DNA from: Isurus oxyrinchus | Lineage: Eukaryota | Direction of reading: 5' to 3' | NCBI GenBank assembly: GCA_026770705.1 | Contig: JANJGN010000020.1 | Location: 66,216,001-66,280,000 of the forward strand | DNA: 64,000 bases | Shown: positions 1 through 13,124 of the stretch, piece after piece | Layout of the letters: the number at the start of each line of letters is the position of its first letter | Numbering within the stretch: position 1 is the first letter of the stretch | Program-made: the position numbers and the translations under genes | Notes under the pieces: generated by a model | What the model saw: only the letters and a program-made list of their open reading frames with translations | Database searches by the model: none | What the model was told of the DNA's origin: nothing

Positions 1-1343
1 GCAGCAATAGAGAGATTTAGAAATGACCCTTTACCCAGGGAAGCAATAGAGAGTTACAAATGACCCTTTAACAGGGGCAGCAGTGATACAGATAGTTAGA
101 AATTACCTTTTAAATGGGGCAACACCAACAGAGAGAGTTAGAAATGACCCTTTGACTGGGGCAGCAGTGATGCAGATAGTTAGAAATGACCCTATAACTG
201 GGGCAGCTGTGATACAGAGAATTAGAAATGACCCTTTAGCCCGGACAGCAGCAGTACAGAGTTAGAAATGACCCTTTAACTTGGACACCAGTGATGCAGA
301 GAGTTAGAAATGACTCTTTAACCCATTTAGCAGTGATACAGAGAGTTCAAAATGATCCTTTTACCGTGGCTGCAATAGAGAGTTAGAAATGACCCTTTAA
401 CTGGTGCCGGGGTGATACAGAGCGTTAGAATTGACCCTTTAACCAGGGCAGCTGTGATACACAGTTAGAAATGACCCTTTTACTGGGCAGCTGTGATACA
501 GAGAGTTAGAAATGACCCTTTAACCGGGGCAGCAATAGAGAGAGTTAGAAATGACCCTTTACTCGGGGCAGCAATAGAGAGAGTTGGAAATGACCCTTTA
601 AGTGGGGCACCAGTGATGCATAGAGTTAGAAATGACCCTTTAACCAGGGCAGCATTGGCACAGAGAGTTGGAAATGACACTTTAAACGGGGCAGCAATAG
701 AGAGATTTAGAAATGACCCTTTACCCGGGGAAGCAATAGAGAGTTACAAATGACCCTTTAACAGGGGCAGCAGTGATACAGATAGTTAGAAATTACCTTT
801 TAAATGGGGCAACACCAATAGAGAGAGTTAGAAATGATCCTTTAACTGGGGCAGCAGTGATGCAGATAGTTAGAAATGACCCTATAACTGCGGCAGCAGC
901 AATACAGAGTTAGAAATGACCCTTTAATTAGGGCACCAGTGATGCAGAGCGTTAGACATGACCCTTTAACCGGGAGAGCAGCAATGCAGAGAGTTAGAAA
1001 TGACCCTTTAACTGGGGCAGCAGCAATACAGTGAGTTAGAAATGCCCCTTTAACTAGGGCAGCAGTGATGCAGGGAGTTAGAAATGACTCTTTAACCGAG
1101 GCAGCAATAGAGAGAGTTTGAAATGACCCTTTACCTGTGGGAGCAGTGATACAGAGAGTTAGAAACGATCCTATAAACTGTGGCAGCAGTGACAAAGAGA
1201 GTTAGAAATGACCCTTTAACCGGGGCAGCAGTGATGCAGAGAGTTAGAAATGACCCTTTAACTGGGTAGCAGCAACAGAGAGAGTTAAAAATTAACTTTT
1301 AACTAGAGCAGCAATGCAGAGAGTTAGAAATGACCTTTTAACT
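1..1343. repeat. Minisatellite, 39/42-bp units (GAGTTAGAAATGACCCTTTAACYGGGGCAGCA(GTG)ATRCAGA), running off the window start
   Basis: About 33 diverged tandem copies of the GAGTTAGAAATGACCCTTT core. Confidence 0.95.
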
Positions 1344-1554
1344 GTTGGTCATTTACGGGGACACAGTCATGGGTAGCAGGTTTAGACAGGAACATAGCCA
1401 AGGTGACACGCTGCCTTTTGTGGTGGTGTGATCATTTGCTCAGGGTTGCAACTTGTGGTGGGGATTTGGGATGGAAAAATTATGTGAAGAGGATGTTGCT
1501 TTAAATCCCCTGAAGCAGTCAATAACTATTGGAATGGACAGAGGAGACAGGAAC

Positions 1555-2720
1555 AGCAGTAGTCCTTGCAGCCTGTTCTACCATTCAATTATATTGTGGC
1601 TACTCAGTACCTTAACTCCACTTACTTGACTTTGATCAAATAAACCTTACTCTTACCAATTGATCTCAAACTTTAAAATTTCATTTGAATCAATATCTAT
1701 GGTCATTTGAAGTGGAGAATTCCATAATTTCTACCATGCTTTGTGTTTAAAAGTGCTTTCTGATTTCATTCTTAAGTGGTTTAGCAAAATTTTAAGAATT
1801 GCCCCATTGTTCTGACTCCTCCACCCAACCAGAGGGAGTAGCTTCTCTGCATTCTCTATTGAGTCTATTTTTTTTATCATTTTAAATGCATCAATCTAAT
1901 TGCCCTCAACCTTTAAAACTGAAGAGAATATAACCCAAGTTTATGTAACGTGTCCTCCTAAATTAACTCTTTAAGTCCTGGTATTCTGGTAAATCTCTGC
2001 TGTACCCCCTCCAAATCCATTATATCCTTCCTAAGGTTCAACGCACAGAACTGAATGTAATACTCCATATGGGGTCTCATATGGGGTCTGACCAACTGAA
2101 GAAGAAGTTCCTCTCTTTTTACTACAAATCTCTTGATAAAGGCCAATTTTTGTTAGCTTTGTTGATTTTTTTGTGGTTATACATTAGCATTTATGATTTG
2201 TACATTTGCATACCCACATCCCTTTGATCTTCAGAGTTTGTGTCTGCATTTAAGAAAATGTTTATAGAACCATAGAATCTTACACGATAGAAGGAGGCTA
2301 TTTAGCTCATCATGCCTGTGCAAACTGTTTTTAATTCCATAACCCTGCAATTTGTCCTCTTGGTCTCCATGAATAATTACCATTTATAATTTCCTATGGA
2401 ACTTGAAATCACCATTATTTCAGGTAGTGCATTCCAGGTCTTAACCCTGTCTGAATCATAGAAAATTAAAGCACAGAATAAGGCCATTCAGCCTATTTTG
2501 CCACAGCTGGCTTTTTGAAAGAGCAGTCGTGCTTGGCCACAGACCCCAACTTCTATCTATAACCTTTCTTGTGTTCAAGTACCTGTCTGGCTCCCATTTT
2601 AAAATTATTTAAGGAATCGCCTTCCATCATCTTTTCAGGTAGAACGTTCCGGATCCTGACAACTCTGAATGAAAAAAATCCTTGTTTCCCTTCTAAAGAT
2701 TTCAGAATCTATAATCTCTG
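1555..2720 (-). mobile_element. Degraded CR1-type LINE 3' fragments
   Basis: Minus-strand translation LVRPHMEYYIQFCALNLRKDIMDLEGVQQRFTR, typical of the CR1 ORF2 C-terminus; several adjacent 3'-UTR remnants. Confidence 0.75.
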
Positions 2721-2736
2721 AGTTATAACCTCCGGT

Positions 2737-3065
2737 GAGGTGGTGGCATATTGGTATTGTCACCAGGGTAATGCTCTGGGGAACTGGGTTTGAATCCCAC
2801 CATGGCAGATGGTGAAATTTGAATTCAGCAAAAATCTCAAATTAAAAGTCTGATGATGACCATTAAACCACTGCCAATTGTCGTAAGAAAACCCAACTGG
2901 TTCACTAATTAATGTCCTTCCTTTAGGAAATCTGCCATAGCCTGGCCTAGGTGTGACTCCAGACAATTGACTCTTAAATGCCCTCTGAACAAGGGCAATT
3001 AGGGATGGGCAATAAATACTGGCCTAGGCATTGACGCCCATGTCCCGTGAACGAATAAATAAAAA
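2737..3065 (+). mobile_element. tRNA-derived SINE with LINE-derived 3' tail
   Basis: A-box-like TGGCATATTGG, B-box-like GGTTTGAATCCC; tail AAGGGCAATTAGGGATGGGCAATAAAT..GCCCA..TCCC..A-rich end matches the LINE 3' ends at ~25842-25913 and ~35059-35134. Confidence 0.85.
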
Positions 3066-3900
3066 CTCACCAGAGGGGCTTGTTTTTCTCTCTCTTTCTT
3101 CTGTATCTCTCATTATTTTAAACCTTATTATGTCACCCCTTAATCGTCTCTGTTCCAAGGAGAACATTCCTAATCTTTCCAACCACTCCTCATAACTGAA
3201 CACCTTCATCCTTGGTAACATCCTGGTAAACCTCATCTGTGTTCTTTCAGTGGCCTTCACATATTTTTCTGAAATGTGATGCCAGATTTATCCACAGTAT
3301 TCCAGCTGAGGCCTGATCAGTGATTTATAAAGTTCTAGCATCATCTCTTTGCTTTTATATTCTGTCTCTATTTGTAAACCCATATGATTTTTAACCACAC
3401 ACCAATTTGCCCTCCAACCTTTAAGGATTTGTGTATATGGACACCAAGATTTTTCTGCCCACCTATACTTTTTAAAATCGTGCTACTTTTGGTATATTAT
3501 TTTTCCATATCTGTCCGCCCAAGATGGATTACTTCACATTTCTCTGCAGTGACCACCATTTAACATGCTGCAGCTCATTTCACTTTCATGTCTATGTCAT
3601 CCTGAAGTCTATAACTATCCTCGTCACTCTCTACTTTGCCAAGTTTTGCATCATCTGCAAACTGTATGATTTTGTTTCATGCACCCAAGGGTAGGTTGTT
3701 TATTAAAATTCAAGAGTAATGAACCCAAAACTGACTTTTGCGCAATGCCAATGCAAACCAGCTCCCAGTCTGAAAAACATCCATCCACGACCATCCTCTA
3801 CTTCCTGTCATTGAATCAATTCCATATCCTTACCATTTTCCCTTTAATTCCATTAAATGGCATAATTGCCATTTTCTTAACAAACTTCCTGCTTTTCTGA
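3066..3900 (-). mobile_element. Degraded CR1-type LINE fragment
   Basis: Minus ORF 3024-3260 RFTRMLPRMKVFSYEEWLERLGMFSLEQRRLRGD; FADDAK-like RT motif near 3645-3660. Confidence 0.8.
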
Positions 3901-4227
3901 TTTGTCTTTTGTGCATCTGAAGTAGATTATCTCAGACCTCCTCACATTGATCTGTATCTGTCACCATTTTGCCCAATCAATGCTGTATGTCTATAGCAGC
4001 AGGAAATTGTCAGACTCAAGATCTTAAATAAAATCAATTGAAGTATACTGAGGGCCCCTGTAAAATCTTGTATATGTTCAGATTTTAAAGAGAAGTAAAC
4101 TCAAATAAACATAAAATTCAAATAAATGTAAATTTAGTTGGAAACTGGTGCTTCAAGAAGTGCAACATCACTTCGTCCTGGGAGGATGGAAAGCTAACTG
4201 TAATGACAAGGATTCATCGTATTGTAA

Positions 4228-4560
4228 AAAAAAATAAAAACAAAAAAAATGCGGATGCTGGAAATCCAAAACAAAAACAGAATTACCTGGAAAAACTCAG
4301 CAGGTCTGGCAGCATCGGCGGAGAAGAAAAGAGTTGACGTTTCGAGTCCTCATGACCCTTCGACAGAACTTGAGTTCGAGTCCAAGAAAGAGTTGAAATA
4401 TAAGCTGGTTTAAGCCCCTTAAACCAGCTTATATTTCGACTCTTTCTTGGACTGGAACTCAAATTCTGTCGAAGGGTCATGAGGACTCGAAACGTCAACT
4501 CTTTTCTTCTCCGCCGATGCTGCCAGACCTGCTGAGTTTTTCCAGGTAGTTCTGTTTTTG
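4228..4560. mobile_element. Penelope-like element pLTR insertion with inverted duplication (hairpin)
   Basis: 15-bp TSD TTCATCGTATTGTAA at 4213-4227 and 4561-4575; arms 4272-4414 and 4418-4560 are near-perfect reverse complements; hammerhead motif in each arm. Confidence 0.85.
4462..4500 (+). ncRNA. Minimal type I hammerhead ribozyme motif (variant core CUGUCGA); mirror copy at 4332-4370 on - strand
   Basis: A(G/A)UU-CUGUCGA-A-GGGUC augag GACUC-GAAAC-GUC-AACU: stem I, stem II, palindromic ACGU stem III and GUC cleavage triplet, as in PLE minimal hammerheads; activity not shown. Confidence 0.65.
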
Positions 4561-4859
4561 TTCATCGTATTGTAATGCCCAAGTGCTGCCTCAGACATGA
4601 CACAATTGCACTTCTTTTAAAAGTGATAGCTGTGAAATGGGAAGTCGGTGTGATAAACAGGAATTGCAAACAAGGTGCAAGACATTTAATTTGAGTTTAC
4701 CTTATAATGTAACTGCTCTGTACTGGGGCAGGAATTATGGAATGTTATAGTTAGTATTGGTACTGTGATAGTGATTATGGGGTTGTCATTATTATCACTG
4801 GTTACAAGAATCAGTAACTCTGGACAGCATTAATAAGTTACATTGATTATTGGGGTATT

Positions 4860-5960
4860 AATACAAATATGCGAATTAGGATTAGGAGCAGACCACTCAA
4901 CCCCTTCAGCCTGCTGCACCATTTAATAAGATCATGGCTGATCTAATTGTAGCCTCAACTCCACTTTCCTTCCTACCCCCTATACCCTTTGACTCCCTTG
5001 TCAATCAAGAATCTATCTAACTCAGCCTTAAAAGTATTCAATGACCTGGCCTCCACTTCTCTCTGGGGAAGAGCGTTCCACAGACTCACGACCCTCGAGA
5101 AAAAATTTCTCCTCATCTCTGTCTTAAATGGGAGACGCCTTATTTTCAAACTGTCCTCCTAGTTCTAGTGTCTCCTACAAGGGGAAACATCTTTTCAGCA
5201 TCCACCCTGTCAAGTCCCCTCAGGATCTTATATGTTTCAGTAAGATCATCTCTCATTCTTCTAACCTCCAATCGAACAGGCCTGACTTGTCCAACCTTTC
5301 CTCATAGGATAACCCACTCATCCCAGGAATCAATCAAGTGAATCTTCTCTGAACTTCTAATCCAATTATGTCCTTCTTTAAATAAGGATACCAAGATTGT
5401 ACTCAGTACTCTAGATGTGGTCTCAAAGCCATATACAACAAAGCCAAAACATCCCTACTTTTATATTCCATTCCCTTTGCAATAAATAACACCTGATTTT
5501 GAATAGAGAGATTACATTCGCTGTTTTCCAAGCTAATGGGACATTTCCAGAATCTAGGGGATATTGGAAAATTAAAACCAATGCATCCCCTACCTCAGCA
5601 GCTTCTTTTAAGATCCTAGGGTAAAGTCCATCAGGACCTGGCCCTTGTCAGCTTTTACTTCTAATCATTTTCTCAATACTCTTTCCCTAGTGATTGTAAT
5701 TGTTTTAAATTCCTCCCTCCCTTTTACCTCTTGGTGAACACTTATTTCTGGGATGTTATTTGTATCCTCTACAATGAAGATAGATGCAAAATATCTGTTC
5801 AATTGCCATTTTCTTATTCTCGATTATTGATTCTCCAGACACTCTCTGTGGAGGATTAATGTTTGCTTTCCTTACTCTTTCTTTTTAAATACCTGTAGAA
5901 GCTCTTACTATCTGTTTTTATATTTATAGCTAGCTTTCTCTTGTACTCTAATTTCTCCCT
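4860..5960 (-). mobile_element. CR1-type LINE, 3' end plus an ORF2 segment (internally deleted)
   Basis: Reverse-complemented CR1 3' UTR (..caataagatcatggctgatc..), ORF2 C-terminus, then GPDGLYPRILKE-like segment at ~5600-5645. Confidence 0.8.
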
Positions 5961-6084
5961 CAACCCACCACTAATCTTTGTAGAATTGTATGCTTTTTCT
6001 TTCAATAATGTGACACTTAAATTTACAGTGAGAAATTAATATTACTAGATCAGTATTGAAATGTTATTTTATTCATTGGTTCCT

Positions 6085-7205
6085 GTACTAAGGTATTTTT
6101 TCAAAAAGCCTTTGATAAGATGTCCCAGAATAGACTAACGAAAAAGGTTAGAGAATGTGGAGTCAGGGGACAAGTGGCAGAATGGATTGCTAGCTGAGTT
6201 CAAAGACAGAAGGCAGAGTGTGGGAGTAAAGAGTAATTATTCATAGTGGCATAAGGTGGGAATGGTGTTCCACAAGGACTGTTGCTGTTCACAATTTTCA
6301 TTTACAATTGGACTTTGGAATCAAAAATACAATTTCTAAATTTGCAGATGACACCAAAGTTGGGGCGATAGACAATACTGAGGAAGTCTGCAACAAAGGA
6401 CAGGAGGACTGTAATAAACTTGCAGAATGGGCAAATAATTGGTAAATGAAGTTTGATACAGATAAATGTGAGGAAGTACATTTTGGGAAGAAGAATGCAG
6501 AGGTCACATTACTTGGAAGGTGTAAGTTTAGGTGGGGTAGAGGAACAAAGGGATCTCATCTAAAGTTGTGCTGCAGGTTAGTAAGGCCATTTTAAAAAAG
6601 CAAACCAAACACTAGCCTTTATTTTATAGAGGGATAAAATTGAAAAGCAGGCAATTTATGGTAAACCGTGTATCAAACCTTTGCTAGACCACATTTAGAG
6701 TACTGCGTGCAATTCTGGTCACCATATTGTAAAAAGGATATAGAGGCACTGGAGAGGGTGCAGGAAAGAGTAATACCAGAAATGCATGGGTATGCATATC
6801 AGGAAAGGATTGACAGGCTGGATCTTGAAAAAGAAGATTGAGGGGTGACCTAATAGAGGTCTTTAAAATTCTGAAAGGTTTTGATAGAGTGGATACAGAG
6901 AGAATTTGTGGGGTACAGCATAACTATAGGCCATCAATATAAGATAGTCACCAATAAATTAGGGAATTCACAACAAACTACTTTACCCAAAGAGCAATGA
7001 GAATGTGGAACTCACTCCCACAGGGAGTGATTGAAGCAAATAGTATTGATGCATTCAAGGAGGAGCTAGACAAGCATTTGAGTGAGAAGGGAATAGGTGG
7101 TTATGATGGTGGATTAGATGAGAAAAGATGGGAGGTAGCTCACGTGGAGTACTGGCTTGGATCATTTGGGCTGAATGGCCTGTTTCTGTGCTGTATATCC
7201 TATGT
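6085..7205 (+). mobile_element. CR1-type LINE, 5'-truncated (RT C-terminal half to 3' end)
   Basis: KAFDK, KFADDTK (6337-6358), RPHLEYCVQFWSP, MWNSLPQGVIEA; ends ggcctgtttctgtgctgtatat. Confidence 0.88.
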
Positions 7206-7527
7206 TCTATTAGTTATTGCAGGATGTTAAAGTTATTATGATTGTTGATGCAAAGGTATTAATGTTTTTTGTGTGTAATGTACATTCTTAAGGCATTATG
7301 ATAGAATTGAACAAAGCTGATTGAGGAAAATTATTCATTTTGGTCGAGGATTTAAACATAAGGTGATATTAAAAATTGAGAAAGTTAAGAATAAAATATG
7401 AAGTCAGGTGGGGCATTTTCACCTAAAGGTTTCCAGTCACTCCTTTAAAGTTTATTAATAGTCTTTTAAGTAAGAATGTCTGCAGTTCCATATGGTGCCT
7501 TAAAATATATTTTTATGTATGATTCAG

Positions 7528-7567
7528 GGACAATCTCTTGCGCAGGGCGGCATGTCAGGAAGCACAG
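7528..7567 (+). CDS. AGK: Acylglycerol kinase coding exon (40 nt; equivalent to human exon 3)
   Basis: ttcag|G GAC AAT CTC TTG CGC AGG GCG GCA TGT CAG GAA GCA CAG|gtaagg = DNLLRRAACQEAQ, matching the AGK N-terminal region as I recall it. Confidence 0.93.
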
Positions 7568-9104
7568 GTAAGGCAATCTCGAGTTATTGGACATTTTCTT
7601 GCTAGTTAGTTAGCCTCTGTAATTAATCCAAATCCTCTTTGCAGTCACTGAGGCATTAAGGCAGATGTTCAGTTTGTATCCTGGATATAAACCTGGTGTT
7701 GTAATTGGCCGCCCGCTATAGAGACTGCCCAAATTTTTCATTTCCAATGTTTTCCAATAGATATTGTGTGACTTTTATTACAGGTGGCTGATCCACAATG
7801 GCACTTTGCTCCTGGGTGAGAAGTAGAAAATCGACCCCATTAACTCTAGTGCGCGGGAGGAATAGCAAGAACTGTGGTGGCCAGGCTGATCAGATATATT
7901 CTCTTATGTATTATTCTGCAAGAAATAGCTTTACATTGCTTGGTTTAGTGATAGAATTACTTAAATGCTTGTGTGGTTGAAATTTCTATTGCCTATGAGT
8001 CTATGCCTAGGCATCAATCATGCACCTCTAGATTGTTGCCTGTATCTTACCTTGATGCATGAATGTTATATACTTTAGAATAACTTGCATAGACTGCATT
8101 AGGAAGTTTGATTTCAAATTAATTAATTTTAATCCATATTCTCGATGCAGAAAAAACCTTTGGTGTTTAAATCAGTGATACAAGATTACAAAAAAAGTAC
8201 AGATGTTGGAAATCTGAAACAAATAAAAAATGAAAAAAACTTTCACTTTTTCTAATATCTCATTCTGTGGACCAATGTCCAGTCTTTGTTTACACCTATA
8301 TGTAACTTCTTGCAATGTATTTCCATATTAAAGCACCCAAAAAAATGCAAGTTGTAGACTGAATGATGTTGATGATATATCCCTCTATCTACAATTAGAA
8401 TAAATCCCAAATCTCTAGTAGTATAATGGCCTACATAAGCATTGCATATCAGTTTCCTGTTTGCCTTGCTCTATCTTGGTTAAAGAACATTTAGAATATT
8501 CCAGTTTTTTGGGTTGCAAGGATAAAATTTATCTAATGTGCTTCATAATTCTTCGTTGAAGTGTGTTATGTTTTTGATACAGAGTTAGATTTAGGAAACT
8601 GAAGGTTATTTTGTGAAGTTCTAACTTTTTAAAAATCTTTGTAGTGGTTGTAATCACTGAGACAAAGAGGAACTGGGTTTGTTTATAAGTATTTCTTCTA
8701 AGGAAATAGGCTAACCATTAAAAGTGTTATCTGTTTGAGACAATAGGAATTGTTTAACCAACTCTTCTAGTTAACATTTACATGTGGTGTGTTGGAAGTG
8801 TTGCATCCATCAAGCACAGCTGCAGACTGACTGTCCACTCCTAAGTTGGCAGTAACTGGTTTTATTGGCAGCTTAACTGGTCAATCCCCAGAAATAGTCA
8901 GAGGTTAAGCCTTTGCCTTCCTGTCCATCTAAGAAAGAAACACAATCTGCCAAGACGGTCTGTCAGAGCTGATAATGAAGCCAAACCAAAAGGAATTTTT
9001 TTTTCTCCTTAAGCACAGTGGTGTCTAGATATATAAAATATGTATTTAGCCCACTAATTGGGATAGTGTGGCATGCTTTGTTTTCTGTGTTAGCATTATA
9101 GAAT

Positions 9105-9545
9105 AAATTTAGAGAGAGTGCAGAAAAGATTCATGAGAATGGTCGCAGGGATGAGAAACTTCAGTTACATAGATTGGAGAAGAGAAGGCTGAGAGGAGAT
9201 TTGATGAAGGTACTCATGAGGGGTCTGGATGGAGTAAATGGGGAGAAACTATTCCCATTGGTGGAAGGTTGAAGAACAAGAGGGCACAGATTTAAGGTAC
9301 TTGGCAAAAGAAGCCATGGAGACATGTGAAAAAAAAATTATTTATGCAGGGTGGCTAAGATCTGGAATGCACTACCTGAGAGTATGGCGGAGGCAGGTTC
9401 AATCGAGGCATTCAGGAGGGAATTGGATTGTTATCTGAAAAGGAAGAATGTGTAAAATTACGGAGAGAAGGTGGGGAGTGGCACTAGGTGAATTGCTCGT
9501 AAGTAGAGCCAGCGCAGACACAATAGCCTCTTTCTGTGCTATAAC
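9105..9545 (+). mobile_element. CR1-type LINE 3' fragment
   Basis: ERVQKRFMRMV..RRLRGDL..IWNALPE; ends cctctttctgtgctataac. Confidence 0.8.
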
Positions 9546-11536
9546 ATAGAAACATTGATTCTGTGAAGTTAAAATTTACTGTTTTTATTACCCTGCTCAT
9601 TCGTAGATGTGAAAAATAAATCAGCTGGTTGATTCCAAATTAATCTTATTTCATTAGTATTCATCTGCCTGCCATTTAGAAGATAGGGAGAATGCAAGTG
9701 AGATTACGCTATCCAGTTCACGTAACATGGGGTTTTCACTTGTTATGACCCTACCAGCTCATACTATCATAGGATATAAAGGTAACCTCTTGATTTTAAG
9801 GGACAATTGGTCTACTTATGGAAGAGACTGGTAATGTCAATCCCAAAAGACTATCTGGTGCAAACCTAAAGTTTTTAACAGTATGCTTGCCTAATTACAC
9901 ATTTTTTTTACCTGTCTATGTGTCTCCTTGCTCTCCATACCTTCTCAACAAATGAGGACTTTAAAGCATGACCTGTCTGTCCAGTTGACTCTTTCATGGC
10001 ATCAAAACCCCCTCCCATCTCTGCAACTGCAAGAGCATTTGGCTAACCATTAAACCAAGAAGGCGGTGGTTACCAATGTACCTTAGCCTACTTTGGCTAG
10101 TTGTACTAAGAATTATGCTTTGTTATACTACTTCGAACAACCTACTTCCACCTAATTGAAAAATGTGAGCAATCAATTTTTGCTGTTATTTTTGTAGGCT
10201 ATTATCCTACAGTTATCCTATATGGCTGTGTCAGCACCACAAACATGGCATTTCTAGGAATGTTTCAGTAGCTTTCTGTATATTTCCATAAACTTTAAGC
10301 TGATAAAGTTAGGCTGTCATCTGTGAGTATTGAACAGGCAGCTTTGCCTAATTCTGACATTGGTGTGTAGACTTGTTTTCTATTGCACTGTACCCTAGGT
10401 TACCAGCAGCTTGAAACGCCTGTGGCTTAGCTGTCTGGAGTGACAGCTGAGTCTAAATATTTAAAGTGTTCTGCTGGCTCCAAATTAAGGTCTTTAGGAT
10501 GTCTCAGAACTAAAAATATTTATTTAATTTCAATGCTGATTTGTTCTTTTTAATGCCAATTTTAACACTTCTGGGCATTCTAGTTGTGCATGACCTTAGT
10601 GCACCACTGTTGTTATCTTAAATGTAAACACATGCAAGATGTTGCATTTTTATAAAATATGGTGCATTTCTAGGTTCTATGTTTTTTCAGCTATTGTAAA
10701 CCTCATCTAACATTCCTCTTGTGTGACATGTATAGAATGCACGCTACCATTATTGTGGCTGCCATTTATATAATGGAAACTTAAACCCTGAAAGTTAAAT
10801 AAAAGTAAGCTGCTTATTTGTGATGTTTAAAGTTTGAAAGCATTATCAAGGCTGCAACTTGCTTTATGAGTTGGCGTGACTGTTAACCTATTTTTGAGGG
10901 TTTTCTTTTACTGCTTTGTAAAGTTTTGCTGACTTTATTAATATAAGCCTAAATGCCTCATTGTATCAGTCAAGGGATTGGATATTTTTCCTGAATATAT
11001 TTTTAAATAAATAAAATGAACAGTATGAGTTAAGTATCGGTTTACTGGTTAGAATTCCAACTTGTGTTGTTGGATGCATTTTGTGGTTGGTTTTGTGAAG
11101 TATTATTAATGGGACATTTTTTAACTTCATTATCAGCACTGAGCATTTTCTCATCAGGCGTCAGGCACAGTATGCTTCAGATGCTGAGTGAAGGTTCCTT
11201 GACTATAACCCAAGAACATGAGTCTCTATTCCAACCACAGAATAGAACTCCCAGTATATCATTTCTACTTACCAATTCAATAATTTATAGATTTTTCTTG
11301 TGTGAGACTGACATGCAAAGCAGTACCTGATCACTAAAATCTTGGTTTAAACTGCCCTAGAATCACTTTGTGCAGAATTTGTACAATCTATTGATCAGGA
11401 TTATACCCATGTCCCAGTGGTGAAAAAAACATTGTGTGAACCTGGTTATCTGATTTCCTGCTGATTCTAGGATATATTTTTGCTTTTCCTTCTTTGGTGT
11501 GTACATTCTCTGATCAACTGTTTGTTTTTTGTTCAG

Positions 11537-11616
11537 GAATATGGAAACCAGCTTCTACCGATCAGTGCAAGGGTGAAGAAAGCCACTGTCTTTCTCAATC
11601 CTGCTGCTTGCAAAGG
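11537..11616 (+). CDS. AGK: AGK coding exon (80 nt)
   Basis: T-rich tract + ttcag acceptor, gtgaga donor; EYGNQLLPISARVKKATVFLNPAACKG (start of the DAGK catalytic domain, FLNP motif). Confidence 0.96.
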
Positions 11617-12537
11617 GTGAGAGATTTCTTTAAGGCTTATCATGCCAGCTGTTTTTTTTAATTAAAGGATGGCAGTATTCCTTCTACTTCTCAGTAGAGA
11701 TACTGCCCATTATAAGTACATTTTATCAGTATTTATCAACAGTGTAGCAACAAAGAACAATATTTTACCACTATGTCAGTATTATTTTAGTCTGACCTAT
11801 TATGAATATGGAGCACTTTAAATCTTCCATTTTTATGTAGTGATTTTCACCAGCTCTAGCAACATATACTTGAATAACTTATGTTTTTAGTTAGAAAATT
11901 AAACTCTTGTAACCTTCTCCGCAGTCAGATGTAACAGTAACAAAATATAATCCCTCTGGCGCCTAAACATATTTACAGCATAATGAGTCAGGGATAGAAA
12001 CTTGGATGAACACTCAGACTAATTATTGAAATGTATTAAAGGCCTGATTATTTAAATATGTTACATTGGCATTAAGATGGATGCAATGTACTATACCACA
12101 CAAAGAAAGAAAGACTTGTATTTATATAGTGCCTTTCACAGCCTAACTTTTTGAAGTATTTTTGAGGTGTAGTCGTTGTTGTAATGTGGGAAACAATGCA
12201 AGCTAATTTGCATAAAGGACAGTTCCACGTACTGGGACTGGGTGAAATTGCAAATGTACTATATAAATGCTCTTTCTTTCTTCAATGACTATATGAAGTG
12301 GAAACCATGCTAAATATACAGTGTGAATCCACTGTCACTACAGCTTGGAGAGAGGTATCAGCAAACGCTAAGCAATAGATCTTGTTCTAGCTCATTTTTT
12401 TTCATTATATATGAATCACCAGAGCACACTTGATAAATTTGGTAAAAGCTCATGCAACTCAGCTGTTGGCACATCATTTGAAAGTAGAGCTCAAGAAACC
12501 GCTCTAATCTCTAACAATTAATTTTTAATTCCTTCAG

Positions 12538-12613
12538 AAAAGCAAGAAATCTTTTCGAAAAGAATGCAGCACCAATTTTGCATCTTGCTGGACTTGATGT
12601 AACAGTGGTTAAG
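12538..12613 (+). CDS. AGK: AGK coding exon (76 nt)
   Basis: ccttcag acceptor, gtgagg donor; KARNLFEKNAAPILHLAGLDVTVVK; phase matches the previous exon. Confidence 0.96.
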
Positions 12614-13124
12614 GTGAGGATTCAGTCAAAAAATTGGATTAAGTAAAGGTTGTACTAGGAGTGACAGAAGCCCAAAATGAAGTGACATCCAGTTGTGACT
12701 TGCACCATGAAATACAAAATAAATTTTACAGCACTGCAAATATAGCTGATTCACCCTCTTAAACTTATCAATCTAGGGTTTCCTAATACTGTACAATCAA
12801 ATAGATGAAAATAATGACATTTAATTCAACTCATTTGATTACTCTGAAAAATAAGTATTTATCTTAAGTTAGACCTTGAAATGTGATCAACATTTGTGCT
12901 GCTTAGAGAGAAGGTATATTAAAGAGAGATGCTGTGGAATCTTAATTTGCAATGGTTCAATTGGGGTTGTGATGTGAAGGGTTAAGTAAAGATTAAAATA
13001 TTGTTGTGCCTAATACAGCTGAATCACTGCAATAAGTTATAAAGGAGTGGCTTACTGATTGTACAAGGGAGTGTACAGGTGCAACACCACTGTCTATATG
13101 AGCCATATAGGGTTCCACTGTTTG

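Noticed and set aside
1-1343. CRISPR-like appearance (conserved core with variable intervening sequence)
   Set aside because: The intervening segments are homologous to each other rather than unique spacers; vertebrate intron context and no cas genes
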